From Candidatus Latescibacterota bacterium (GTDB taxonomy: Bacteria > Latescibacterota > UBA2968 > GCA-2709665), in assembly GCA_965219995.1 (NCBI GenBank), contig CBDCOX010000002.1, forward strand, positions 2,656,001-2,720,000: 64,000 bases of DNA. Reading direction: 5' to 3'. The notes under the pieces are model-generated. The model worked only from the letters and a program-made list of their open reading frames with translations, did no database searches and had not been told where the DNA came from. Each line of letters begins with the position of its first letter. Positions within the stretch are counted from its first letter, which is position 1. This document shows, piece after piece, positions 8,770 through 16,829 of this stretch. A program made the position numbers and the translations under genes.

Positions 8770-10326
8770 TCAGGTCGCTTCCTGCGTTTCCCCGCGCAGC
8801 CCTCGCCAGACGCAGAACGCCATACCCAACAGCACGATGGTGAACGGCAGGCCGGTCGCCAGCGAGGCGGCCTGCAGGGCCTCCAACCCTCCGCCAAGCA
8901 GGAGCGCGATCGCCACCAGACCCTCGATCGTGCACCAGAAGACACGCTGCGCCACCGGAGCGTCAACCCTGCCTCCGGCGGCAATCGTGTCGATGATCAG
9001 CGACCCGGAATCCGACGACGTCACAAAAAAGACAATCGTCAGTAGCACCGCGACACACGAAAGCAGTGCCGACGCGGGGAGTTTGTCGAGCATCTTGAAC
9101 AGTGCGATCTCAAGCTTCCATGCGTCAATATTGCCGGTAACCCCGGTGTAGCCCTCCACGATGTGCTGGTGGAACGCGGTGCCGCCGAAGGCGCCGAACC
9201 ACAGCAGGCACAACAGTGTGGGCATCAGCAGCACGAAGACGACGAACTGGCGAACCGTGCGCCCCTTCGAGATACGGGCGATAAACGTCCCCACGAAAGG
9301 CGCCCAGGCGAACCACCAGGCCCAGTAGAAGGTGGTCCAGTCTCGAACGAATCCGGTATCCTCGCGCCCGATCCAGTTGCTGAGAGGACCGATCTTCGCC
9401 AGGTATCCGCCAAATCCCTGTGCAACGCAGCCGAGCGCATATGCCGTGGGACCGAGCGCGATCACGGCGAGCAACAGGACCAGCGCGAGGATAACGTTGA
9501 ACTGGCTGAGGCGTTTGATGCCTACGTCGATACCCGTCAGCACCGAGGTCAGGGCAATGGCGGTAATCGCCACGATGATCATCACCATCATGGCGCCGCT
9601 CACGGGAATTCCGAATAGATAGTTGAAGCCGGACGCGACCTGCTGAACCCCGAGGCCGAGGGAGGTGGCAAGACCGAACAGGCCCGCGAAAATGGCAAAC
9701 GTGTCGATGACGTGGCCCGGCCATCCCCAGATCCGGTCGCCGATCAGGGGATGGAACGCGGATCGGATCGTGAGCGGCAGTCCGCGGTTGTACGCGAAGT
9801 ACCCGAGCGCGAGTCCCACAACGCCGTAGATCGCCCAGCCGTGCAGACCCCAGTGAAACGTGGTTGCCGCGATGCCGGAAACGGCGGCCGCTTCCGTTCC
9901 GGGCGCGATGCCCAGCGGCGGGTTCCTGAAGTAATAGACCGGCTCCGCCACTCCGAAAAAAAGAAGACCGATGCCCACGCCGGCGGCAAAGAGCATGGCA
10001 AGCCAGGTCGCGTTGGAGTATTCCGGTCTCGCGTCCGCGCCTCCAAGGCGGACGCGTCCCAACGGCGATACAGCGATGTAAAGGCAGAAGAGCACCACGA
10101 GATTGGCGGCGCTCATAAAGAACCAGTCGAGATTCGTGGTCAGCCACAGCCGCGCTTCTTTGAAGACGACCGTCGCGGCTTCCTGAAAAACGAGCGTCCC
10201 CAGGACAAATACAACGATCGTAACGCTGGAAATCACGAATACCGGCGTCAGATAGATTTCAAGGCCGAACAGCCTGCGGTGCTCCCCGGCGTCTTCCGAC
10301 GGCTGTGGTTTTCCCTCAACGGACAT
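8770..10326 (-). CDS. BCCT family (betaine/carnitine/choline) transporter
   Basis: WLAMLFAAGVGIG, FHWGLHGWAIY, WTTFYWAWWFAWAPFVGTFIARISKGRT, FFVTSSDS. Confidence 0.95.
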   Translation of the reverse strand: MSVEGKPQPSEDAGEHRRLFGLEIYLTPVFVISSVTIVVFVLGTLVFQEAATVVFKEARLWLTTNLDWFFMSAANLVVLFCLYIAVSPLGRVRLGGADARPEYSNATWLAMLFAAGVGIGLLFFGVAEPVYYFRNPPLGIAPGTEAAAVSGIAATTFHWGLHGWAIYGVVGLALGYFAYNRGLPLTIRSAFHPLIGDRIWGWPGHVIDTFAIFAGLFGLATSLGLGVQQVASGFNYLFGIPVSGAMMVMIIVAITAIALTSVLTGIDVGIKRLSQFNVILALVLLLAVIALGPTAYALGCVAQGFGGYLAKIGPLSNWIGREDTGFVRDWTTFYWAWWFAWAPFVGTFIARISKGRTVRQFVVFVLLMPTLLCLLWFGAFGGTAFHQHIVEGYTGVTGNIDAWKLEIALFKMLDKLPASALLSCVAVLLTIVFFVTSSDSGSLIIDTIAAGGRVDAPVAQRVFWCTIEGLVAIALLLGGGLEALQAASLATGLPFTIVLLGMAFCVWRGLRGETQEAT

Positions 10327-10595
10327 TCTGCAGTTTCCATGTGCTTTCATACAGGGCGGCAATGAGCCGGGAGGCACACGCCGTAAAGAATCTCGTCAAA
10401 CGGGCGCCACACCGTTCATCCATAATAATAATGTAAGCCATTACCGGTTTACGGCAAGCCGATTCGACCAGATACTTCCCGTTCCGGCGGTCGTTCAGCC
10501 GGTTCACCGCCCCTGACCTCCACCAGTTTGCCGACCGCTGTGTGATCGGGCCCTCACCGGCGTTTGCGGATATCATAGAAGAACAGGCATTGCGA

Positions 10596-11912
10596 TCAGG
10601 CTTCCCGGGTTTCTCCGGCGCGTATCAGCGCCTGTTTCATCGCGATCGGGCCGATCATCTGATTGACGGCGATAATGGCGACGATCACGGTCACGAAAGC
10701 GTCGCCCCATCCCGGAAAGCGCCGGCTGACCTCCAGCGCCAGGCCCAGGCTCACTCCGGCCTGTGTGAGGTACGTCAGGCCCGCGAGACGGTTAAAGCGC
10801 GGCGGGTCGCCTCCGAGGCGGCCTCCGGCGTACGCGCTCAGGTAGATGGACCCGGTTCTCACGCCCACGATCAGAATCGCGATGGTCCACGTCTGCATCA
10901 GGGCCTCCAGGTTCAGGCCCGCTCCGGCCAGCGTGAAGAACAGCACGTACACGGGCAGGCTGACGGACTCGATCGCTTCGATGAAGCGGGAACCCTGGCG
11001 GGAGACGTTCTGCACGGTGAAGCCTGCGGTAACGCAAATCAGCAGGGGTTCCAGGTGAATGCTGAAGCCGTATGCCTCTTTGAGGTACGCGGCGAAACCG
11101 TGCGAGATGCTGGTCACCAGAAGGGCCGTGCCCAGCAGCAGAAGCGGAAGGTTCGCCCGGACCCGGTCGATATAGAATCCCAGCGCCAGCCCCACGACCA
11201 GACCCGCGCCGATACCCAGGAGGACTTCGACGCTCAGTGCAGCGACGAATCCCGGGTCCAGGGCGGCGGCGGGAGACATCGCGACCTCGCAGAAGGAAAC
11301 CGCGGCGCCGAACAGCACGATCACCAGGACGTCCAGCGCCACGGTGACGCCCAGCGCGGTTTCCGTGAACGGACCCATCGCCCGCGTTTCGTTGATAATG
11401 GCGATCGCGCTGGAAGGCGACCGCGCAACAGCCAGCACGCCGAAAAGCATGCCGACGGTGAGCACCTGAAAACTGGAGAAGGAGGCCGTGAAAGGAAGCA
11501 GGGGTGCGGCAAGGAACACGAAGACGGTGACGATGATGAAGACAACGGTGGTCTGGGAGAGAATCGAAAGAAAAATGACGTTCATCCGCTCCCTGAGTTC
11601 GGCAACCCGCAATTCACCCCCTGCAGCCAGTGCGATAAATGTCACCGCCAGTTCATTCAGAAAGCCGAGTTGGCCGAGGGCTTCTCGCGTGAGGAAGCCC
11701 AGCAGGTACGGCCCCGTGAGCATTCCCACGCAGAGGTATCCCGTGATCCGCGGCAGGCGCAGCCTGGAGAGGAAATGGCCCGCCAGGTAGCCTGAAAGCA
11801 GGAGCAGACCCACAACCAGGGTGGTATATGCGCCCGGCGCGACTCCCGGAGGAGTCGCGCCGGCCCAGGCCATGAGCAGACTCAGCGCGATAAAGACGAG
11901 AATCAGCCTCAT
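10596..11912 (-). CDS. Cation:proton antiporter family protein
   Basis: LPRITGYL..GML.GP, IALAAGGEL, FFTLAGAGL, LTQAGVSLGLA; about 12-13 hydrophobic segments. Confidence 0.85.
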   Translation of the reverse strand: MRLILVFIALSLLMAWAGATPPGVAPGAYTTLVVGLLLLSGYLAGHFLSRLRLPRITGYLCVGMLTGPYLLGFLTREALGQLGFLNELAVTFIALAAGGELRVAELRERMNVIFLSILSQTTVVFIIVTVFVFLAAPLLPFTASFSSFQVLTVGMLFGVLAVARSPSSAIAIINETRAMGPFTETALGVTVALDVLVIVLFGAAVSFCEVAMSPAAALDPGFVAALSVEVLLGIGAGLVVGLALGFYIDRVRANLPLLLLGTALLVTSISHGFAAYLKEAYGFSIHLEPLLICVTAGFTVQNVSRQGSRFIEAIESVSLPVYVLFFTLAGAGLNLEALMQTWTIAILIVGVRTGSIYLSAYAGGRLGGDPPRFNRLAGLTYLTQAGVSLGLALEVSRRFPGWGDAFVTVIVAIIAVNQMIGPIAMKQALIRAGETREA

Positions 11913-13096
11913 GGGACGTTTCCCAGCAGGCGTCGCGTGGAGGCAGGAGCGATGAGTTCGCTGAGGATGATGCCCGGCAGCACGACGGAAATCACGGCGT
12001 CCGTCAGTTCGGAGCGGTGGATCTGGTGCAGGTTGACCACGATGGCCACGGCCATGCCCCCGTGAGAAAGCAGCCCGAGGCCCAATTTGCTCAGCGCTCG
12101 TGATTCCGGCAGAAACATGCGAACGGAGACGAACCCGCCAGCGGTCTTGCCGAGGGACCGGACGAGGACATAGACGGGCACGAGCGCCAGGATCCAGACC
12201 GACTCAATTCGCCATCCTGCGCCCACGAGGATCAGAAAGATGATGTAGATGGAGTGTTCTCCCCTCAGCAGTACGCTGCGAATACCCGCTCTGGCGCGAC
12301 CTCTCGCCAGGTTTGCGACAATCACGCCCGCGATAAGATTGACGAGCAGCGGAGACAGGCTGAGATACAGCGCAAGGCCACCGGAAAACGTAATGGCGCC
12401 GATCACGACCAGCAGCATCTCGTCATCCCTGAGGCGGTAGGTGGTGAGGGCGACGACCAGCAGACCGACGGTAAGGCCGAGCCCTGAGGAGACACCGATC
12501 CAGAGAAGCGTGGATGCGCCCGCGTGCAGAACGGCCAGGCAGGAAATGAGGCCGAAGGCGGTGAGACCGACGACGTCGTCGATATTGGACACGTTCGTGA
12601 GAAGCCGCATCAGGGGCCGCGCGCGAGACGGGGTGTCTCGTGCGAACAGCGTCAGACCGCTGGAAGCCGTGCCGGATGCCGCGGCGGCCAGTGTGACGGC
12701 GGCGATGACCAGGAGGTCCGTCTCGTACGAAAAAAAACGGCTGAACAGCAGAAAGAAGGGTGCGGCGACAACAAAGATGGTGATTATGCTCTGGACAAGC
12801 GCGACGCCGAAGACTCTCGGGGGAATGTGGCTCAGTCGTCGAAACTCCCACTGAACGCCGAAGAGCATGCCGATCCACGAGAGACCCATGCCCAGGAACG
12901 GATAGAGACCGTCGAGGGTCTTCGTGTCGAGCAGATCGAGTACGGCCCCGCCGAGAATAAAGCCGACCAGGACGAATTCGATACCGGTGAGGAAGAGATT
13001 CCGGACGCCGAGGGGCAGGCGGATATGGACGAAACTGAGGCGGGAACCGACGAATGCGATGGCGACGATCAGAACGGCGGCGAAAACCAGTTTCAT
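11909..13096 (-). CDS. Cation:proton antiporter family protein (second paralog)
   Basis: About 12 TM segments; NIDD motif, LSLSPLLVNLIAG, GLGLLSHGGMAVAI; ATGA overlaps with both neighbours. Confidence 0.75.
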   Translation of the reverse strand: MKLVFAAVLIVAIAFVGSRLSFVHIRLPLGVRNLFLTGIEFVLVGFILGGAVLDLLDTKTLDGLYPFLGMGLSWIGMLFGVQWEFRRLSHIPPRVFGVALVQSIITIFVVAAPFFLLFSRFFSYETDLLVIAAVTLAAAASGTASSGLTLFARDTPSRARPLMRLLTNVSNIDDVVGLTAFGLISCLAVLHAGASTLLWIGVSSGLGLTVGLLVVALTTYRLRDDEMLLVVIGAITFSGGLALYLSLSPLLVNLIAGVIVANLARGRARAGIRSVLLRGEHSIYIIFLILVGAGWRIESVWILALVPVYVLVRSLGKTAGGFVSVRMFLPESRALSKLGLGLLSHGGMAVAIVVNLHQIHRSELTDAVISVVLPGIILSELIAPASTRRLLGNVP

Positions 13097-13428
13097 GGAG
13101 GTTCTCGACTTTCAGGACCCAGGCAGAAATCGACAGGCAACAGAAAGAGCCTCCCGACGCCTGGCTGCTTGAAATCGACGCCGGTTTCTCTGAAAAGCCG
13201 GACGAGCGGCTCGAGCAGGGCGCGATCATCGAGGGGCGCCGCGATGGCGCTGGACCGGCCGGGCCCGGCCGGCAGCAGACCCGCGAAAATGGGCACTTCC
13301 TCGGCGAGGATTCGCTCCATGGCGGTTCCGTCAAGAACCGTCGCGCCCGTGATTTCCATTTCCACGAGACCGGAGAGGACCTCGTCGAGGAGGTCCTCGC
13401 GATAGAGTGTGATAAAGAGCAGATGCAT
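13093..13428 (-). CDS. PII-like (GlnB-fold) small protein
   Basis: 111 aa; EITGATVLDG and C-terminal PGVGRLFLLPV match the PII superfamily pattern. Confidence 0.6.
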   Translation of the reverse strand: MHLLFITLYREDLLDEVLSGLVEMEITGATVLDGTAMERILAEEVPIFAGLLPAGPGRSSAIAAPLDDRALLEPLVRLFRETGVDFKQPGVGRLFLLPVDFCLGPESREPP

Positions 13429-13493
13429 GGCAAAAATAGTCGGCCCGCAAGGGGGTCCGGCCGGACCTCGAACGGGACCCGGTGTCCCGGCCC

Positions 13494-13952
13494 TTAAAAC
13501 GGCTCCTGTGCGCGGATGATTTCCATAATCTCTTCGGGCGAAGCGGCCCTGAGAACCTGCCGCCGGATCCCCTCGCGGTCGAAAATGCGGGCGGTACGGC
13601 TCAGAACGCTCATGTAGGCCGGCATCGACGCTTCGGACGAAAGGATCAGGAAGATCAGGTGTACGGGTTGCCCGTCCAGGCTGCGGAAGTCGATGCCGTC
13701 CCGGGATATTCCCAGACCCACAACGACGCCCTTTATGTCGTCCGACCGGGCGTGCGGTATCGCCACGTCCTGGTCCACGCCGCTGGTTTTGATGGCCTCC
13801 TGTTCAAGGATCAGGCCAAGCAGGGCGTCGGGATCGGGCAGGTCCACCGATCGGCCGATCATTTCGATCAACTCGCGGATGGCGCCGTTCCGATCGGGAC
13901 TGGTCAGATTGAGTTCGATACGGTCGCTGGCCAATGCGTCGCAGAGTCTCAT
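13494..13952 (-). CDS. PTS EIIA component (PtsN/fructose-mannitol-type)
   Basis: VAIPHAR (phospho-His), GIDFRSLDGQPVHLIFL. Confidence 0.9.
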   Translation of the reverse strand: MRLCDALASDRIELNLTSPDRNGAIRELIEMIGRSVDLPDPDALLGLILEQEAIKTSGVDQDVAIPHARSDDIKGVVVGLGISRDGIDFRSLDGQPVHLIFLILSSEASMPAYMSVLSRTARIFDREGIRRQVLRAASPEEIMEIIRAQEPF

Positions 13953-13968
13953 GGCGCTGATTTCCGGC

Positions 13969-15207
13969 TTACTGGAGCTCCAGGGTGGTTGTGCGACGTT
14001 GCGGATCGAAGGCGACGAGGGTGGCGCCGTTCTCCTCGTAGAAGGTCTGACTTCGGAAGGCGGCCCTGGTCGGGGCACTGGCGAGCGGCCTGCCGTCGAC
14101 CGCTACGGACCTGATCCCAGTCTCCCTGACGCACAACGTCAACTCCGGCATGCGGACGGGCAGGTCCAGCGTGACGGTGTTGCCTTCGAACGCGAGTTCG
14201 GCCATCTCCCGCATGATGGCGTAGGTTGTAATTTCGCTGCATTTGCGCCACCGGGTGCGTTCGCCGGCAGGGTCCCGTTCCTTCAGCCGGCGGACAACGG
14301 TCTTGAAGGCATTGAAGCCGCGGCGGTCGGCGTCGTGGAGTCCGTAAAAGCCCTGCCAGTGGCTGATGAGGACTGCCGGGTCGCCCGCATCGATAAGGGC
14401 CGGCAATCGTCCCCCCTGAAGGTCGGCGGTGATGTATTTGTCGGGGTTGACTTCCCCGTACCCCGTCCAGGACCCGGTCCAGTCTCCCGTGCCGGCGATG
14501 ATCTCGCCCATGGCCGTGCCCGCGTCGCGGTTTGGATACCACACGGGCGTCTCCACGGCGCCGTTCGACACGCGTTTGAACAGATAGGGCGTGGGGTTGC
14601 CCGTGACGCGTCGGCACGCGGCCTCGGCGCACCTGGCGTAGAAATCGAGCGGATTGCCGAATCCACCGGGCGACGTGACGCCGTCGGGCGTCAGGCCGAC
14701 GTTGTGGAGAATCTCGCATGCAAGCGCGATGTAGTCCGTAACCAGCTCTTCCCGGTCCGTAGGCAGTTGGTCCCAGCCCCACTGCTCCCAGAGGTTGGGG
14801 TCCACCGGCTTCAACGTATCCAGGTCCACCACGAACGTGTGGGTTATCATCTCCGGGGTAATATCGTAATTGGGTACGATGAACTCCCTGCACATATCCA
14901 GCCAGCTTTCCTGCTGGGCCTTGCTGAAGAGCGGCAGCCCATGGTCGATCCGCCCCAGCGCCGCCGGACACGGCACGACGCTGAATTTCCCTTTGACGCC
15001 TTCGTCGAGGCAGTATTCCGCGAATTCCCGGGTGAAGGACTCCGGGTGAACGACCGGTACGTCCTCCCAGCGGCGGCGCTGGCCGTCGATGGGGTTTCGG
15101 TCGCGCATGAAGAAGTAGTTGAGGTTGACCAGAAGGGTGGAGTCGTCGAAGATGATGGAGAGGGGCACGCGGTCCAGCGCGTGGCGGGAGATTTCGACGC
15201 GCATCAA
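13969..15207 (-). CDS. Hypothetical protein, possibly polysaccharide-deacetylase/NodB-like barrel
   Basis: SIIFDD, GVKGKFSVVP, EMITH, GVTSPGGFG, SHWQG; GGAG RBS. Confidence 0.55.
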   Translation of the reverse strand: MMRVEISRHALDRVPLSIIFDDSTLLVNLNYFFMRDRNPIDGQRRRWEDVPVVHPESFTREFAEYCLDEGVKGKFSVVPCPAALGRIDHGLPLFSKAQQESWLDMCREFIVPNYDITPEMITHTFVVDLDTLKPVDPNLWEQWGWDQLPTDREELVTDYIALACEILHNVGLTPDGVTSPGGFGNPLDFYARCAEAACRRVTGNPTPYLFKRVSNGAVETPVWYPNRDAGTAMGEIIAGTGDWTGSWTGYGEVNPDKYITADLQGGRLPALIDAGDPAVLISHWQGFYGLHDADRRGFNAFKTVVRRLKERDPAGERTRWRKCSEITTYAIMREMAELAFEGNTVTLDLPVRMPELTLCVRETGIRSVAVDGRPLASAPTRAAFRSQTFYEENGATLVAFDPQRRTTTLELQ

Positions 15208-15274
15208 GGCCTCCGTCGGGGGTCCGGGTCGGCGAGATACGCCGTTTGCGGGCTATTGTGACCCGATTGAAATT

Positions 15275-16390
15275 TCAGCTCGGCAGCGCGGCTTCGAGGA
15301 CCTGCTTGAGGCGGCGGGCGACGAGGACGTCTTCGCCGGATTCCATCATGTAGGGCATGATTTCCACGCCGCTCCCCGTGTGGAAGAGTTCGATGCGCGG
15401 GTCGCCGTCCGAGAGTTGCCGCCTGGCCTCTTCCGGCGTGATTCGGACGGCTTCCGGATCCCAGTTGACGGCAAGCACCGGCGCGACGTTGGACCGTCCG
15501 GGCTGAAGGATTCCCGTCGTCAGGGCCGGGATATGGGCGATCTCATTCGCGATGGTTTCGAGGCGCCGCTCCCATTCTTGCCATTCCGCGGCATGGTCTC
15601 GCCTCACCCACTGTTCCACGGCGGCGAGGAGTCCCATCACTTCCTCCTTGCCCGCCTTCATCGGGCGGGCGAGCGAATGGTGCGGGGCGCCGTTCATGAA
15701 GGCGGCGTGGAGGATGTCCTTGCGTCCCAGAACGAGACCGGACGCCTGGGGTCCGCGAAGGCACTTGCCGCCGCTGTACGCGACCACGTCCACACCCTCC
15801 GACAGATAGGGATTGGGCACGTCCGGACGTTCCGCGGCCGCGTCGACGAACGTCGGCACGTCGTTTCTCCGGGCAATGGAGACCATGTCGGGCACGGAGA
15901 TGGAGCCCCGGTCGGCCGCGTCGCCGAAGATGGCGATCATGGCGATGGTTTCATCGATCGCATCATCCATTTCCCGAGGGGTTTCGACCTCGACGATTTC
16001 CACGCCGACCATGCGGATGGCGTGGTCGTAGACGTGGCGGTGGGATGGCTGCGTGATGACCCGGTTCTTCATGCCGGAGGTATCGGGCAGGCGTTTCATG
16101 CATTCGGGATCGAGACCCGCCACGCACGCCGCGGTAACCTGGCACAGCGCGGCGGCGCAGCCGCTGGTAACCATGCCCCACTCGCATGCCATCAGTTCAG
16201 CGATCCGGGCGCCCACCTTTTCCATCAGTTCGTCCAGGTGTACGTACGCTTTCGAGGCATCCTGTATGGCCTGGCGGACTTCCGGCAGCATCAGGGAACC
16301 CGAGATGATGGTGTAGGTTCCCATGCAATTGATCAGGGGACGAATCCCGAGCGACTCGTAAGAGACGCCGGATTGAGGCGGCATGGACAT
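15275..16390 (-). CDS. SelA-like / DgaE-family PLP-dependent enzyme
   Basis: GIRPLINCMGTYT..SGS, VDAAAE, YSGGKCLRGPQASG (PLP Lys), RPMKAGKEE. Confidence 0.85.
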   Translation of the reverse strand: MSMPPQSGVSYESLGIRPLINCMGTYTIISGSLMLPEVRQAIQDASKAYVHLDELMEKVGARIAELMACEWGMVTSGCAAALCQVTAACVAGLDPECMKRLPDTSGMKNRVITQPSHRHVYDHAIRMVGVEIVEVETPREMDDAIDETIAMIAIFGDAADRGSISVPDMVSIARRNDVPTFVDAAAERPDVPNPYLSEGVDVVAYSGGKCLRGPQASGLVLGRKDILHAAFMNGAPHHSLARPMKAGKEEVMGLLAAVEQWVRRDHAAEWQEWERRLETIANEIAHIPALTTGILQPGRSNVAPVLAVNWDPEAVRITPEEARRQLSDGDPRIELFHTGSGVEIMPYMMESGEDVLVARRLKQVLEAALPS

Positions 16391-16589
16391 GGTCGGAATC
16401 CTGCTGGAGAAAGGTGCGGCAGATGGAGTTTTCCGTTCCGGCGGATGCCGGCGAGGACCGGCGCGCGCGTTCCGGGGAACCGATATCAAGAGTCTACAAC
16501 ATCCCCGGCGGGATTGCAAGTCCGATATCGCCCTGGAATTACGGGGCCTCCGGGTTGCCCGGCCTCCCCCGACTGATCATCGCCCAGCA

Positions 16590-16616
16590 TGTCATTCTGA
16601 GCGGAGCGAAGAATCT
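16590..16616 (+). repeat. REP-like short intergenic element
   Basis: TGTCATTCTGAGCGGAGCGAAGAATCT; shares the TCAT-n-TGAG...CGAA pattern with the elements at 41.4 kb and 53.2 kb. Confidence 0.6.
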
Positions 16617-16829
16617 CCCGTCTTCCGGATTGTCCCTGACGCCAACACGCGGGCAATACATGTGCGCGGAGACACCGTCGGCTCCGACCCGGGCAGACAG
16701 AAACTTCTGCCCCACCCTCATTCGGGCTCCTTCACGGTGCAGGGGCGTGGCGAATTGCCGGGCGGGCGGCACAGATTTGCGGCGACTTGCGGTCCTGCTA
16801 TCGCATTTTGCGACAGCAGGACGGGCATA

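Noticed and set aside
10327-10595. Riboswitch upstream of the BCCT gene
   Set aside because: No recognisable aptamer consensus by eye; an Rfam scan would be needed
15275-16390. selA / selenocysteine machinery
   Set aside because: Shorter than SelA with DgaE-like motifs; no selB, selD or tRNA-Sec nearby
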